A stretch of DNA of 63,967 nucleotides, counting the filler, from Octopus bimaculoides (lineage: Eukaryota), in NCBI RefSeq assembly GCF_001194135.2. It is 8 parts of 7 records of this genome, joined end to end, with 100 filler letters (N's around TTAATTAATTAA, not from the genome) between each part and the next. Parts side by side here need not be neighbours in the genome. Positions count along the whole stretch, not along the records: positions 1 to 24,681 come from NC_068983.1; 7 more parts are not named here. One strand, 5' to 3'. A program made the position numbers and the translations under genes. Each line of letters opens with the position of its first letter. Position 1 is the stretch's first letter. Below the pieces are notes generated by a model. It saw nothing but the letters and a program-made list of their open reading frames with translations, was not told the origin of the DNA and ran no database searches. Below, piece after piece: positions 1-13,150 of this stretch.

Positions 1-360
1 GACGAAGCCACCTTGACCATGATTCTATAAAACGTCTAAAATTTTGTAAACAGAGATCTACTTACGTTTCTTGCATAAATAAAAGAAATTTTATTTAACA
101 AATTGTGACACTAAGGACCGAGGTTACCGTGGTCTTTTCGTAGGTTTTTCTTTCCACGGATAACCTCCCCATTTATTGGGAATTTTCTGTATTATTTCGT
201 ATTTTTTGTAAATACCCCAAGCGTTTTGCGATGTTTTTTTTCATCGTTGTCCCCACTTTTGTTTTTTTTCTGCTTTGTTTTTCGCCCCCCTCGAAAAGAA
301 AAACTCTACATTTGTATTTTTCCCCCTCTATGTTGAGCCCTGTGTGGCTAATAAAGAAAC

Positions 361-453
361 ATATCTATCAATCTATCTATCTATCAATCTATCTATCTAT
401 CTGTCTATCTATCTATTTGTCTGTCTATCTGTCTGTCTGTCTGCCTGTCTGCC

Positions 454-494
<41 letters not shown>

Positions 495-599
495 GTCTGT
501 TTCTTTGTTTGTCTGTATATCTATCTATCAATCTATTTATCTGCTGTCTGTCTGTCTGTCTACCTATCTACCAAACTACCTACCCACCTGCCTACCTAC

Positions 600-650
<51 letters not shown>

Positions 651-780
651 ACTAACTATCTATCTACAGACATACGTACCTACATACATACATACATATA
701 TATGTATGAATGCATGTGCGCATGTAAGTATGTATGTATATATGGAAGCATGTATGCATCTATGTATGTATGTATGAGAG
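361..780. repeat. Compound tetranucleotide microsatellite (TATC/TGTC/TACC/TACA/TGTA)
   Basis: Directly visible; explains the three junk ORFs at 231-815. Confidence 0.95.
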
Positions 781-814
781 ACTTTGCCGCATGCAATCAA
801 GCTCTAACGCATTA

Positions 815-1745
815 GACAACTTAATATTTTCATATGTACTACATATTGCCCACCAGATTCTCCAAATCATGCAGGTAAGTTTGAAGACTGCCTAGCAAAG
901 ATAGAAGTCCTCGCCAAACTGGAATAACACATCAGCATATTTCTTTCGGGTGACTTTAACTTCCCTAATGTGGCCACATGCTCCCAGGAATGATACACCA
1001 CCAATAAGCGCAGGCGGAGTCCCTACTCCGTCTTACCACTGCTTCTTTCGTGGAACAAATTGTGCTGCAACCAACCGGGGCAAATAATATACTGGATTTC
1101 TGCTTCACAAACAATCTGAACTTTAAGTGACACCGACGATGGTCTCGGATTACAACATAATAGAGATGTCTATGTATGGATCAAAAGCCCTGCAGACGTA
1201 CAGCTTATTCGAAGCACCCAAAATCTCTCCAAACTAAATTTTCATAAAGCAAACTGGAAGTTGATTGGGAAAGAGATCCACAAACAGGGTTGGCCTCTCC
1301 GCACCAGACAGTGACATGAAACACTAATATATCATGTTCATAATGCAAGCCATTTGTGATAAATCTGTCCCAGTCCGCAGGGCCACCATACGCAAAAACA
1401 GGATCTCTAGAGAAAGAAAGATTCCTATGAGACGACGGACAAAGATTGCGAGTCGCCCAAGCAAGCACCCCAAAGAGAGAACGTTATTGGAGATTGAGAA
1501 AAGTCTGCACCAATCTTACGAAAAGGAGAGAGCAGATAAGGAAGCTTGGGTTATAGAAAATATCAATTCCAACCTTAAAGCTGTCTTTAACTTTGCCAAA
1601 GAAACAGCCTCAATACACCACAAGATAGGATCCCTCTTCCAAAACGGTGGCTCCCTCGCAGGAAACCCAATGAAGATAAATGAAATACTGAACGAACAGT
1701 TCCAAAGTGTATTCATTACACCTCTGGAACACATACCGGCTTATA
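815..1745 (+). mobile_element. Degenerate CR1-type LINE, 5' part (APE endonuclease and linker)
   Basis: Translates with stops/frameshifts to YCPPDSPNHAGKFEDCL (YRPP motif), SGDFNFP, NNILDFCFTNN, SDYNII, then VIENINSNLKAVFNFAK...KIGSL, as in CR1 ORF2. Confidence 0.85.
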
Positions 1746-1914
1746 CACCGAAAAATACGGTAATTGTAGTGGCAATGAGAAGTTCGCTCACTGACAATAG
1801 AGGTAATGTGAACTTTTCAGACGACAAATCTCTAAATATTACGTTTAACCAATTACGTAACTGTAACAATCGCCTAAAATATCCATTAGATGCTTACGAA
1901 AGGGGAATGTACTT

Positions 1915-2110
1915 ATTATTCTTTTCTACTCTAGGCACAAAGCACGAGATTTTGGGGAAGGGGGCCAGTATGCAACTGGTACTTAATTTATCGACCCCGG
2001 AAGGATGAAAGGCAAAGTCGACCTCGGCGGAATTTGAACTCAGAACATAAAGACTAACGAAATACCGCTAAGCATTTCATCCGGCTGGCTAACGTTTCTG
2101 CCAGCTCGCA
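1915..2110 (-). mobile_element. SINE family A (GGCGAGCTGGCAGAA head, probably tRNA-derived)
   Basis: Reverse complement of gcgagctggcagaaacgttagc...gttctgagttcaaattccgccgaggtcgactttgcctttcatcc; more than 10 copies in the window. Confidence 0.85.
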
Positions 2111-2191
2111 TATAGGTACTTGCGAAACTGATTTCAAGTTAAGACTATAAAATCACGTTTCTTCGCCTAATTCTTCTTCTTTTTTTTACAG

Positions 2192-2209
2192 TAAACATCC
2201 CTTCTCTAA
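2192..2209 (+). CDS. Candidate 18-nt microexon of a + strand host gene (xKHPFSK in phase 2)
   Basis: CTAAT branch-like site 2167-2171, 17-nt pyrimidine tract, TACAG acceptor, exon TAAACATCCCTTCTCTAA, perfect GTAAGT donor at 2210; frame-preserving; in unique sequence. Confidence 0.6.
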
Positions 2210-3039
2210 GTAAGTTCATCTGGAACCTCAAAGAGAGGAATGTTAGGGATGATATTAAATGGTCTATAAGTAGCGGCCAACCGTATAATGGTGCGAATTA
2301 ATATGTAACTTGTACTTCGAGGAAACATTGCATATCCTTACGTCCAGACATAACATATTAAATAAAAGAAATGAATAAATGGTAAAATGTTCATTTATTT
2401 ACAATCTTTCCTAATATATTGAGTACTGATAAGTGTACCCTAATATAATTGGTTGAAGCTGCCCTTTCGGTCCAGTATATTTAATGTACTAAACAGATAT
2501 TGCATTGTTAAGTAGATACCCGTATAATTATTGGATCTAATTTTGTTTTACACAATCTTCTAATTACTCTTATTATTTTTGTTATTATTGTTATTATTAC
2601 TCTTTAAATTTCAAGATTGTGTAATTACATCTTTTAATAATTTTTAATTTATTTAAAAAATTATGTATTCATTTTTTATGTTTAATTTATTTCTAATTTA
2701 TTTTTAATTTATTTTTTTTGCCTTAAGTTGTCTTAACGATATTCAAACTTCATTTCCTTTAAGATTCGCTCTAACTCCACCTCTCTTCCACTATAGTTTA
2801 TATTTAGAAAAAAAAAATCTTTTCAAATGACATTTCCATTGTGCCTAAATATTACACACAATGAACAGCTTAACTATACATGCCCCCTCTGCATATTTGA
2901 AAGGATCAATAACAGTTTAAATATGGTAAGAATATTGCTATGTCAGATTACAATACTATTTTAACCTAATAATTACAATTCCTAAGCAGGTCTGCTGTTA
3001 TATCTCCCTAGCCCTTACACTGGTCAAATATTGTCAGGT

Positions 3040-3520
3040 TTATTACTACTACTTCTCTCCCTTAAAATGTTCTCTGCGTTGCACCTTTGATGCGGATAGT
3101 ATGGTGTTAACTTCTTAATCTCTGTGGGCCTTTGAAACCCAAGCTGTTGCAGTATCTGGTCCTGTATTTTGATGGAGACGCTGGGATCTTTATCGCTATA
3201 CAGTGGTGCCTCCTTCTGCTGTTTGTGTAACTTTCAACACCAAAGTTTGGCGCAAAGCCTTCCAGGATTTTCCATTGTATATCTTTGCTTATCCTTCTCG
3301 CCTTCGCTCTAGGGAGAAGAGTTTTAATTCTTTCGGTCTTTTCCACCAGATACTATCACAAATTTAGACGACCTTCAACAATACGGCCGATGATCACATT
3401 GCGGAAGTGTATACCGAAATACCTGAAAATTATCTCCTGGCTTTTTGGTTAAATTTTCTAAGATTTAGGCATCTACAAACTTTCCTACAGCATAATTTTA
3501 AAAGGACAATAAAGATGTAG
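3040..3520 (-). mobile_element. CR1-type LINE, 3' fragment (RT C-terminal region)
   Basis: ORF 3107-3346: WKILEGFAPNFGVESYTNSRRRHHC...PSKYRTRYCNSLGFKGPQ, a typical CR1 ORF2 C-terminus. Confidence 0.85.
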
Positions 3521-3755
3521 CCTGTCATCACAAACAGTTATCATAGATGAGTCAAAAGAGAACCGAGTCACATAACCAGTCAGGAGTTGTTTGAAATATA
3601 GAAATATAGAAATCATTGTTATTATAGTGTTCAAATACTTTCATATTTGTCTTTCATCTTTCCGGAGTCGATATAACCCGCTAACTTCTTACCATCCCAA
3701 ATTCGTAGTCCTGTGTCTGTTAGAAACTATTGTTATTATTATATTTAAGAAATAA

Positions 3756-3915
3756 GGCGGCGAGCTGGCAGAAGTCTAAGCACGCAGGGGTAAATGCTTA
3801 GCGGTATCTCATCCATCTTTACGTTCTGAGTTCAAATTCCGCCGAGCTCGACTTTGCCTTTCATCCTTCCCGCAAATTTCAGGCCTTGTGCTTTTAGTAG
3901 GAAAGATTATTTATT
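3756..3915 (+). mobile_element. SINE family A, internally deleted
   Basis: aggcggcgagctggcagaa...gttctgagttcaaattccgccgag...aaatttcaggccttgtgc. Confidence 0.85.
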
Positions 3916-4059
3916 GAAGCATTTTATGAGAAATAAATTGAGAAATTATTAGTTGATAAAACAAGAAATAATTAATTTTCCTTTCTTTATAGTAATGCGC
4001 GTGTGTGTGTGGGAGAGAGAGAGAGAGAGAGAGAGAGAGTATGTGCGTATGTCTTAAAG

Positions 4060-4695
4060 TACTTCAAACAATTAATTACTTGAAGGGTGTCATAACAGGC
4101 GACGAATTGCGTGGATTGCGTGACTGCGAAGTCGAAGCAGAAGAGGCAGACGTCTTAGGTGATTGGACCATCATCCCTCCGACAAAAATTATTAATATAT
4201 GATAGAAATAAATACTTTTAAAAGCCCGAAATCGCATTCAATTGTTAATTCTTTTTCTTTTTCTTTTTTTTTTTTTTGCAATTGGGAGGCTGTGGTTCGT
4301 TCTGCAATAAACTCCATGATACATGACAGACGATAAACAGTTTTAATTGGATGTATTGAGGCGTTTGAGAGAGGCAGTGCAAAAGAAGGGAGGCCTGAGG
4401 TATGTACAAGCAAAATCTCGTGCTGTACCACTACAACGCATGCGCTCACGCGTCACTCTTTGTCTGCATTTCAGCAAAGAACAAAATCGAAGGAATTTCG
4501 CGATAAGAAATAATTCTCATTACTCCTGAAAATGCATCTTGATGTATTTTCAAAACTGGAAGGAAGATGCTGAGATCTGTGTATCAATATTAACCGAAAC
4601 TATTTTAAAGGAAGCAAGTCTGATTAAATTGTATGTTAACCAATAACATTGTATTTATTTTTTAAAGTTCGGTTTCTTTTTGAACAGAACTCGTA
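4060..4695 (+). mobile_element. Degenerate mariner (DD34D-type) transposase remnant with right TIR
   Basis: ITGDE (first catalytic D), QTINSF..LDVLRRLREAVQKK, LYHYNACAH (~HHDNAPAH), CININRNYFKGSK (~GDYFEG), ending ctttttgaacagaactcgta. Confidence 0.8.
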
Positions 4696-5369
4696 AACAC
4701 ACGCACATATATAACGTGTATGCATGTGTGTATGCGTGTGTATTTATTTCGGTGTATTTATGCTTGTGTGCATTTAATTTATCATGTTTAGATATGAATT
4801 GGTTAATTTGGAAATGTGCACCTATAAGTAATTCCGTGTTTATATATGTTTTTACTTTAATATAGATATTAAATATTTAATATTGACATTGCAACTGTCC
4901 TTTGCAAATTACAAATTTATATATTTTGTGTACATATTTGAGCGTATCTGTCCTTTTGCCTATGTATATACATGTGCGCATGTGTGTGTGGGGGGGGGTG
5001 CGCGCACGTGTATGTACAAATATATATATATATATATANNNNNNNNNNNNNNNNNNNNNNNNNNNNNNNNNNNNNNNNNNNNNNNNNNNNNNNNNNNNNN
5101 NNNNNNNNNNNNNNNNNNNNNNNNNNNNNNNNNNNNNNNNNNNNNNNNNNNNNNNNNNNNNNNNNNNNNNNNNNNNNNNNNNNNNNNNNNNNNNNNNNNN
5201 NNNNNNNNNNNNNNNNNNNNNNNNNNNNNNNNNNNNNNNNNNNNNNNNNNNNNNNNNNNNNNNNNNNNNNNNNNNNNNNNNNNNNNNNNNNNNNNNNNNN
5301 NNNNNNNNNNNNNNNNNNNNNNNNNNNNNNNNNNNNNNNNNNNNNNNNNNNNNNNNNNNNNNNNNNNNN

Positions 5370-5410
<41 letters not shown>

Positions 5411-5714
5411 GTTTACAAATTTGCAATGCTTGTGCATGTTTGTGTGTGCGTGTTGTGTGTGTTTGTGTGTGTGTGTGTGTGTGTATGTGGGTGGGTGTGT
5501 ATGTGTGTGTGGGCATGTGCATGTGTGTGTGCACATGTATATGTGTGTGAGTGTGTGTGTGAGTGCATATTTATCTTTACAAATTTGCAGCGCTTGTGTA
5601 TGTGTGTGTTTGTGTGTTTGTATATGTGTGTATTTGTTTGCATGGGTGCGTGTGTGTGTGTGTGTGTGCGTGTGTGTGTAATAACACCATATTTTTGAAC
5701 CGACTAGCCCCTAA

Positions 5715-5845
5715 TTCTACACTGTATCCGTCTCTTATGGCTCTATCTTGATCCTTGGAAACGCTAGTGTGTGTCCCATTCCCAAGAAAGGCAGCCACTG
5801 TGTTCCTGCCAACTGTCACCCTATTGCATCTGTAATATAGTCAGT
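5715..5845 (+). mobile_element. LINE RT N-terminal fragment (L2/CR1-group)
   Basis: SVCPIPKKGSHCVPANCHPIAS resembles the VxPIPKKG...NYRPI motif. Confidence 0.7.
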
Positions 5846-6077
5846 TGATAGAGAGAGATTCAAGGTCTTTCACATCTCTCTCTCTCCCGTCCTCCCCACC
5901 TCTCTCACTTTTCTGTATGTATTCGCTCACGCATACACACACACATATTAATTGTTGTTAGGGACACCGTATTTAGGTTTGCAACCATAATATTCTACAA
6001 AGTATATTAAAGTCAATATTGTGTCTTGCTTTGTGTTAGCAGTGTGCTGATTTTATTTCTTAAGTTTATCTCTACAG

Positions 6078-6119
6078 GTTTTCTGTAGAATTTAGAGCCA
6101 GCACTGAAAGTTACAATTC
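6078..6119 (+). CDS. Candidate 42-nt exon (KFSVEFRASTESYNS, open only in phase 2)
   Basis: CTGAT branch-like site, TTTATCTCTACAG acceptor, C/GTACGC donor (moderate). In frame with the 18- and 15-nt microexons. Confidence is lowered because it lies between two collinear LINE fragments. Confidence 0.35.
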
Positions 6120-6149
6120 GTACGCGAATACATCTATGTAAACAATGCA

Positions 6150-7040
6150 ATCGAAGATAGAAAATAGATATTGGGTTTATATGGATATTTCAGAAGTTAT
6201 TGCTCCTTCATCAACACCACATCCAACCCATTAACTCTCCACGAATAGTAACTCTTACGCAGATGAAACTATCAGCCTTTCCTCACATTCTCCAATTATG
6301 CATTCACCATTTGTAACTAAGAAAACATGCCAAACCCACACTGACCCCATGAGGGAAGACCATGGAAGTAGCCAGTCTTGTTCTTTTCAACATCAAGAGA
6401 ATACAAATACTGCTTGCATCAAGAAAACATCGCACTTGCAACCCCTTATAATCAGAAGCGGCTACTCACTTAGAATTGTTGTGTCTCACTATTATTGAGT
6501 ATCTCTCATGGCAAAAGCTCATCCTTAACGTAACTAAATAAACGTCCCGACGATTAGCAGTTCTCTTCATGGCCAGAAAATAATTTATCCTTTAAGAATT
6601 AATGACACTAAGAATTTCAGGTGAAACCCACAGTTCAATATTACGATTGCATCTGGGACGATGCCAAACACATTCTAGCGTATGTACAGAAAAAGGTTAT
6701 CGGACTTATTGGCATACACTCATTTACAAACTCACTTCAGCCTCTGGCCCACAGGCAGACTGTCTCTTATCTCTGCTTTTTCTACTGCTACGAAATGATC
6801 TTCGCCTCTCAGAGCTGGTTGGGCTCATGTCATCTTCACTCAAGTACATTCGTACTACTCGCTTCTCGTATCAACGTTGTTGTGTTCAAACACCCAGGCC
6901 CCTCACTAACCCCTACGCCCGGTCCTTCCTTCGTAGAACGTCAGCCTTCTGGAATTCCCTCTCTGCTCATGTCTTTCCTGTCAGTTTTTACAATTACATC
7001 AGTCTACGAGGGATTGCAAAGGTCATGTTTATTGTTTTTT
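6150..7040 (+). mobile_element. Degenerate L2/CR1-group LINE RT and 3' end
   Basis: DISE (~LDISKAF), SYADET (YADD), KPTVQYYDCIWD..VQKKVIGLIG..TNSLQPLAHRQTVSYLCFFY, SFLRRTSAFWNSL. Confidence 0.85.
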
Positions 7041-7932
7041 TCTTCAAAACCAGTAAATAAAAAAAAAAAGTTTTAAGGATATGAATTTCATAAAAAAGAG
7101 TGGAAAACCTACCTGTTAGAGTTTTCAGCGCAAAACACACCTTAGAACTAATTGTATCGAAGGAGTGAGAAGACTAAACAAAAACAAACAAAACAAAAAC
7201 CGATCCTTGATTCTGCAGAGCTTCTCTGCCTGCCTGCGCTTAGTAGTTTTAAAGAAGGAATCCGATCTCACAATCCGACTTTGAGGCCTGAGCACAGTGG
7301 TTTAGTTGGCTAAGACGGATGCGGTGACCAGCAAACTGTAGGAATGGAGAATTTAACCTATTCATGTACATATAAACACATGCACATAAGCACGCACGCA
7401 CTCACATACACACACAAGCATACATATGTACATATGTTTGTATGTTTGTGCATAAGCTTCTTTGCAAGTAAATATATATATATTATTATGGTAACAGTTT
7501 AGCACCCTACACAGAACATTTGGACCGAAATGAAACTACTATTATTTTAAATAATTGACTATCTTTCAGGATGGAATTTCAAATTATTTATTTTGTAAAC
7601 AGCCACCAACTAAATTCCAACTATTCTACAATAATGATAGGAAGAAAAAAGAACGAAATCCTAAACAAACTATTATACATAGATGACGTCACATCACATG
7701 AGCAATCACCTAATTTCTTCTTCAAATACTCAAAGAATAGCTACGATTGACGTAGATACTTTTGTTGTCTCAAATACCTTCCTATTCTTACTATTGTAAA
7801 CGCTTTCAGCTCTGTATGATTTATTAGGATTTAGAATTCCTTTTCTACTATTGGCGTATTTGGTTAAGTTTTTAAATATCTGTATGTGTGTGTGTAATGC
7901 GTTCGTGTAACGTATGTAAATGAATGTTTGTG

Positions 7933-7974
<42 letters not shown>

Positions 7975-8090
7975 TGTGCGTGTGCGTTTGTATGTGTGTG
8001 TGAGTGTGTGTGTGTGAGTGTGTGTGCGTGCGTATGTTTGTGTGTGTGTGTGTATATATACATATACAAATATGTGAATGAATATATGTT

Positions 8091-8158
<68 letters not shown>

Positions 8159-8215
8159 NNNNNNNNNNNNNNNNNNNNNNNNNNNNNNNNNNNNNNNNNN
8201 NNNNNNNNNNNNNNN

Positions 8216-8270
<55 letters not shown>

Positions 8271-8329
8271 GCACACACACACATGTATGTATTATGCATA
8301 TATGCGTGTGTGTATGTCTGTCTGTGTGC

Positions 8330-9830
8330 ACTGGATCTGGAGGAAGTTACAGTGCCATGGCTTTTGCAATCGATACCGACAGGTCTTGTTAAAACGATAT
8401 GAGCAGGGAGTGAGTTATAGAGGACCAACATTCTGGGGAAGAAGCACTGTGCGTAGTGAACAGTGCATTGTCTGGGGTTGGATGTAACATGAGTGACGAG
8501 AAGAGGAAAAACGAGTGGCTCGGGAATGAGTTGGTGTGAACATGGCCGTCTTCGAGGTACACAGACCATTATGGAAATGAGAGAAAAGGCAGAAAGAGAA
8601 GAGACAGTGCACCTGTAGAACAGAAGCTGGGAGTGCATCGAAGAGGAAGCTTATGTGAATCAGCCTACCAGATAGAGAGCAATCTAGTAGGATGTGAATG
8701 CCGTAGCAGCATCGTCCCAGATGTAAAAGCAATACTGTTTTACGGGCATTAGCTGAACTTTGAGAATGTCGATAATTGTTGAAGTATGAAGAGAAGGACC
8801 ATATTAAATGCAGTCCTGATTATGATAACGATATGCTTTCGCCGTGAGAGATCCTCGTTGATAGTGAGGTCCAACCCAATATTTTGAGCGATTGTTTGAG
8901 CTCTCATGATAAATAAGATGCAATGACGTTTCTTGATGTGAGTGGCATTTCAGTTTTCTTGCAGTTGAATGATATAAGATTGGCATATTCACATGGGAGG
9001 ATACTTTCGGGGTCTCAGTTTATAGGATCAATGTAAATTTGGCGGCGTGTGATTTTTAGTTAGTGAGTAGATTATACATGGGTGGAGAAGCTTAAGAAGT
9101 AATAAAAGAGTAGCACTATCTGCATGAGAGTGGACATTATTGGATAGAAAGGAAAGCAGGTCATTAATGAATAGGGAGAATGCAGTACAGAAAATCTTGC
9201 GGCTCGTTAGAGACCATAGAATGAGGAACAGAGTGTCACCAACACGCGCCGCGATAGTGCATTTTGATTGGAAGCCTGAGATGAATTCTTCCTGTTTGTT
9301 TAATTCAAATAGACATAAAGTCATAGTACCTGTTACTTGTTCATTTGTTGTGCACTACTATAAATGTTGATAAAGTATTACGATCATTGCTAACTTGTGG
9401 AGATTTTGTCGATCAGTTATTCTCATGTGTTGGATGGATCCATGTGATGGCCAAGACCGTCATAAGGATTAACCCACTAACTTCTTTTGACTGGATGTTT
9501 TTCCGTATCTGGTTTCTATGGGAAAAGAAGTTGTGTGATAGATACGAAGGAAAAGGCTGAAAATACATTTTTCTCTTTCGCCTTCATCGACATTTTCAAG
9601 TTTCATTTAGTGAGAGTGGAAAATGACGCAATATTATCCAACAAACTTGATGAAAGGCTGATAAGAATATCGAACATGGACCGAGCAAATGGGAAACCAG
9701 GATTTGCAGGTTCGTCTGGTGGCAGGGGCATCATCAACAGCAGATGTTGTGCTTTTTGTAAGGAGACAGATTAGAGCGTCCTCAATAGAGGCAAGCAAGG
9801 ACGTAGTGATAAGACAGAGCACCCACATTA
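8330..9830 (-). mobile_element. 5'-truncated LINE of the same family as 6150-7040, opposite strand
   Basis: Minus strand: KSWFPICSVHVR linker, SHADSATL (YADD relic), QYCFYIWDDAA, FFPRMLVLYNSLPAH. Ends at the (CA)/(TA) array near 8330. Confidence 0.85.
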
Positions 9831-9844
9831 CTCCACATTATTCC

Positions 9845-9881
9845 ACATTATTCTGACCACGCTTCGTGGTCAGAATAATGT
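9845..9881. other. Perfect 17-bp inverted repeat with 3-nt loop, preceded by three CCACATTA(C/T)T units
   Basis: acattattctgaccacg-ctt-cgtggtcagaataatgt. Confidence 0.9.
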
Positions 9882-10104
9882 TAGATCTGTGAGCTACTTT
9901 GATTAGCCCGTGATGGCTTGCTCCTATATCGGGAAGATATCCTTTTTTGTATGTTATTGTTATCTGTTACTCTTTCTTTGCACACGTTTACCTAAACAAC
10001 TTCACTAGATTTGTGTTTCGTCGTTTGAACTGTCTCCAACATTTTCGAGCATTTAAGTCTAACAAAGAAATCGTATCATTATGAAAGTATTCATCAGCAT
10101 TAAT

Positions 10105-10148
<44 letters not shown>

Positions 10149-10673
10149 TGAGTGAGAGAGCATCACATATTATTTAAAGTGAAACTGGGGTACAAATATA
10201 CGAAACCCAATATACCAGCCTCTGATAAAGGGACACCAAGTACATGTGTCGTAACCATATGTGTGCGACATGGTGATCTCATATCAAGATAAACAGCACA
10301 TGACCTTGCTAGAATTCCCTTCGGGTTGAGTAGCGCATCTCACTCAAAAGGCCCCTAAGTAATAGTTGTTTAAAGATGATGAACGAAACACCAACGTTTC
10401 CAGGGAAAGAACTATACAAACGACAAAGAATCCCTCTCAACACATGGCTATGATACCCCTTCTCCCACTACTCCTGCTCTTGATCAAAGTTGCATATATC
10501 GTCTGCCACCAAGGGACATCTTCAACTGGTGAAGGTAAAAAACTGACTGAGCAGAATATTTGTTGGAGCCCATCTTCTATACCAAGATAAAACATATACA
10601 CGATAATACTTCTTATCTGTTAAGATCAAAAGTCATGAATGGAATGCCATTTCCTGGTTTTGCACCAGGGCAT
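10149..10673 (-). mobile_element. Element X copy 1 (non-coding, microsatellite-embedded repeat)
   Basis: Reverse complement of 52898-53439; both ends abut (CAT)n. Strand labels for element X are a convention; the true sense strand is unknown. Confidence 0.9.
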
Positions 10674-10675
10674 TT

Positions 10676-10738
<63 letters not shown>

Positions 10739-10781
10739 TTCATCGTCATCGTTATCATCATCATTATCATTATTATTATTA

Positions 10782-11082
10782 TGAGTGAATGAGCAGTGTA
10801 TGCCATCAAAGTGGCACTGGGATAAAATATCCAAAGCCCAGTGTACCCATCATGACTACCCGTCTGATAAGGGTACCCCAGACACATGCATCGCAACCAT
10901 ATGTGCGTGACATGGTGATCTCATATCAAGATTAACAGCGCATGACCTTGCAAGTGGAGCCCAGTTAGAATTTTCTTCAGGTCGAGTAGCCTTCCCGCTT
11001 CAAAGGTCACTGAATAAGGGTTGTTGAAGGATATTAAAGTCAGAAGCCATGAGAGCCACTGCCTGGTACTGCATCAGGGCAT
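10782..11082 (-). mobile_element. Element X copy 2, internally deleted, both termini kept
   Basis: tgagtgaatgagcagtgtatgcc...aaggat/attaaagtcagaagccatgagagcc...gggcat; flanked by (TAT)n. Confidence 0.9.
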
Positions 11083-11089
11083 TTATTAA

Positions 11090-11114
11090 TATTATTGTTG
11101 TTGTTGTTATTCTT

Positions 11115-11183
<69 letters not shown>

Positions 11184-11192
11184 GTTGTATAT

Positions 11193-11264
<72 letters not shown>

Positions 11265-11288
11265 GTATATAGTATTATTATTATTATT
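11090..11288. repeat. Compound (GTT)/(CTT)/(ATT)n microsatellite
   Basis: Directly visible. Confidence 0.95.
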
Positions 11289-11289
11289 G

Positions 11290-11490
11290 AGGCGGCAAGC
11301 TGGCAGAACTGTTGACGCGCCGGGTAAAATGTTTAGCGGTATTTCGTTGGGTGTAAATTCCGCCGAGATCATCTTTGCCATTTATGCTTCCACGTTTCGA
11401 TGAAATAAGTACCAACCGAGCACTGGGGTCAATGTAATCGACCCCTGTCCCGAATTTGCTGGCCTTATACCAAAATTGGAAACCATTATT
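11290..11490 (+). mobile_element. SINE family A within an (ATT)n array
   Basis: gaggcggcaagctggcagaa...ggggtcaatgtaatcgacc...aaaccattattatc. Confidence 0.85.
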
Positions 11491-12774
11491 ATCATTACTT
11501 TAGATTCTGCGATTACATTTGTGGTCAGTACTCCTTATTCTTGTTGTTGATATTCGAATCTTTGGGTAGTTGTCGTTGCGGTTAAATATCAGGTGGCTAT
11601 TCATTTTACTGTCGAGTTTGTTCGGTACAAAACAGTGAAGTTTGTCCATTAATGCGTAGCAGTAGTATTAGAACCAGCAGCAGCAGCAGTAGTAGTAGTA
11701 TTTAGATGCGATTGACATTATGAGACGTGTGGCATTTACAAAGCGGTGTCGACATCTGTGTCATTTATCAGCGGTGTTTTAGTATTTCTCTCCCTTGAGA
11801 GTATTTAAATGTGTCGTCTATTCGTTTCAATTGTCTCTTTTTCACCTTCTTTTTCTCATATATGATTCTTCTATCCATTTCAACTGTTCATCCTCTCATT
11901 TCTCATCACTCACAGATGACTCTATTCGTTTCATTGTCTTCTCTTTCATCCTTCCTTCCCAGATGATCACTAGTCTTCCTCTAATACTTCCTATCTCCAA
12001 CACGACACTGTTTATTTCACTGTTCTTCCACATATCTCTGCTCTTTGAGATAAGTCTAGTTAAAAAGAAATCAATATTTCCTGAATACTGTAACAAAAAC
12101 AAAGCAAAACTTTAAATCTGAACGTATCCCTAACTTTATTATATCACTTTCTTTTTCTTTTTGTCTACGAAATGATATTCCCCAGATAAAGTGATTTAGA
12201 TTCTAAAATACATTTAGTCGATCAAAAAACATGACAAAAATAAATAAAAACTAGCGTAAAGAATAATATGAGACTTCTAGATTCTTGTTTCAGATTCTTA
12301 TTCGGCAAAGGAGAAAGCTTTAATAATGTTTATTATAAATTCCAATCACTTTTCTTTTCAAGACTATGACTAAATAATATCTAACACATTTTGAATACGA
12401 TTTCTTTTAAAGTAAAAAATAAAGACGAATAAATGAGGCGAAAAATATCATTGGTTCTTGACGAATAATAACTTTCGGGAGAGCGTTGAATAATTCTTTT
12501 TTGGAACAATGCATCTCGAAGCACTTAAAATTATAAATAATAACATGTAAATATTGGCTTGAAAAACACTTTTCGATAGGAAAAGTAGAAGGCTGCTCGT
12601 AGGACACGAAGCTATATCTCATGTAGACTTGAAGAGCGTTCTAATATTGGACAATCACGAGCAGCCTTCGAGTTTTTCTATCCAATAAGGTCGTTCAGCC
12701 AAAAATTTAAATTCTTTTATTTATAGTTGTGTGTGCTTCGAGATCCATTGTTCCAAAAGTAATTCCATCAATGG

Positions 12775-12950
12775 CTCTAATTTCGATACCGTTGACCCTA
12801 GAACTAATCAGGCACTTTGTTTTAACATCTTGGAGAGATGAAAGGCGAAGCTTCGGTAGAATTTGAACTCAGAATGTAAAGAACCAGAACAAACACCACA
12901 AGGCATTTGGTCCGATGCTCTAACGATTCTGTTAATCTATCACCCTATGA
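12775..12950 (-). mobile_element. SINE family A, diverged
   Basis: ggtagaatttgaactcagaatgtaaag...gctctaacgattctg. Confidence 0.75.
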
Positions 12951-12959
12951 CAAAGGTCA

Positions 12960-13150
12960 TACAGTTGTTTTGTTCCAGTTCAGCCCAGAATGAGCAAGCC
13001 TATGATGAAAAATAACCACCAAGTCCTACCACACTCAGATTCTGTGGATTGAGACCTGCATCGTTTAATGTGTTCTACCAATTATTTAAAAGGTAGTAAA
13101 ATCAGATCTGGCTGTGTTTGACTGTTGTTTCTAGTAGAACAAGCAGCAAC
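12960..13150 (+). mobile_element. Old SINE-like repeat family D (GATTTGGCTGCTATTTCTAGC-type tail)
   Basis: Similar to 28095-28325 and 30240-30420. Confidence 0.55.

Noticed and set aside
857-874. Apparent 18-nt microexon (ccaccag/ATTCTCCAAATCATGCAG/gtaagt)
   Set aside because: Lies inside the CR1 endonuclease frame (YCPPDSPNHAGKF) and has a poor pyrimidine tract; exonisation cannot be excluded but is unsupported.
4290-4405. Possible exon with CTGAG/GTATGT donor and promoter-like CpG content
   Set aside because: Explained as mariner transposase remnant (DVLRRLREAVQKK).
10040-10100. CTGATGA...GCTCGAAA on the minus strand (hammerhead-like)
   Set aside because: No stem I or II pairing and no valid NUH triplet; at most a decayed relic.
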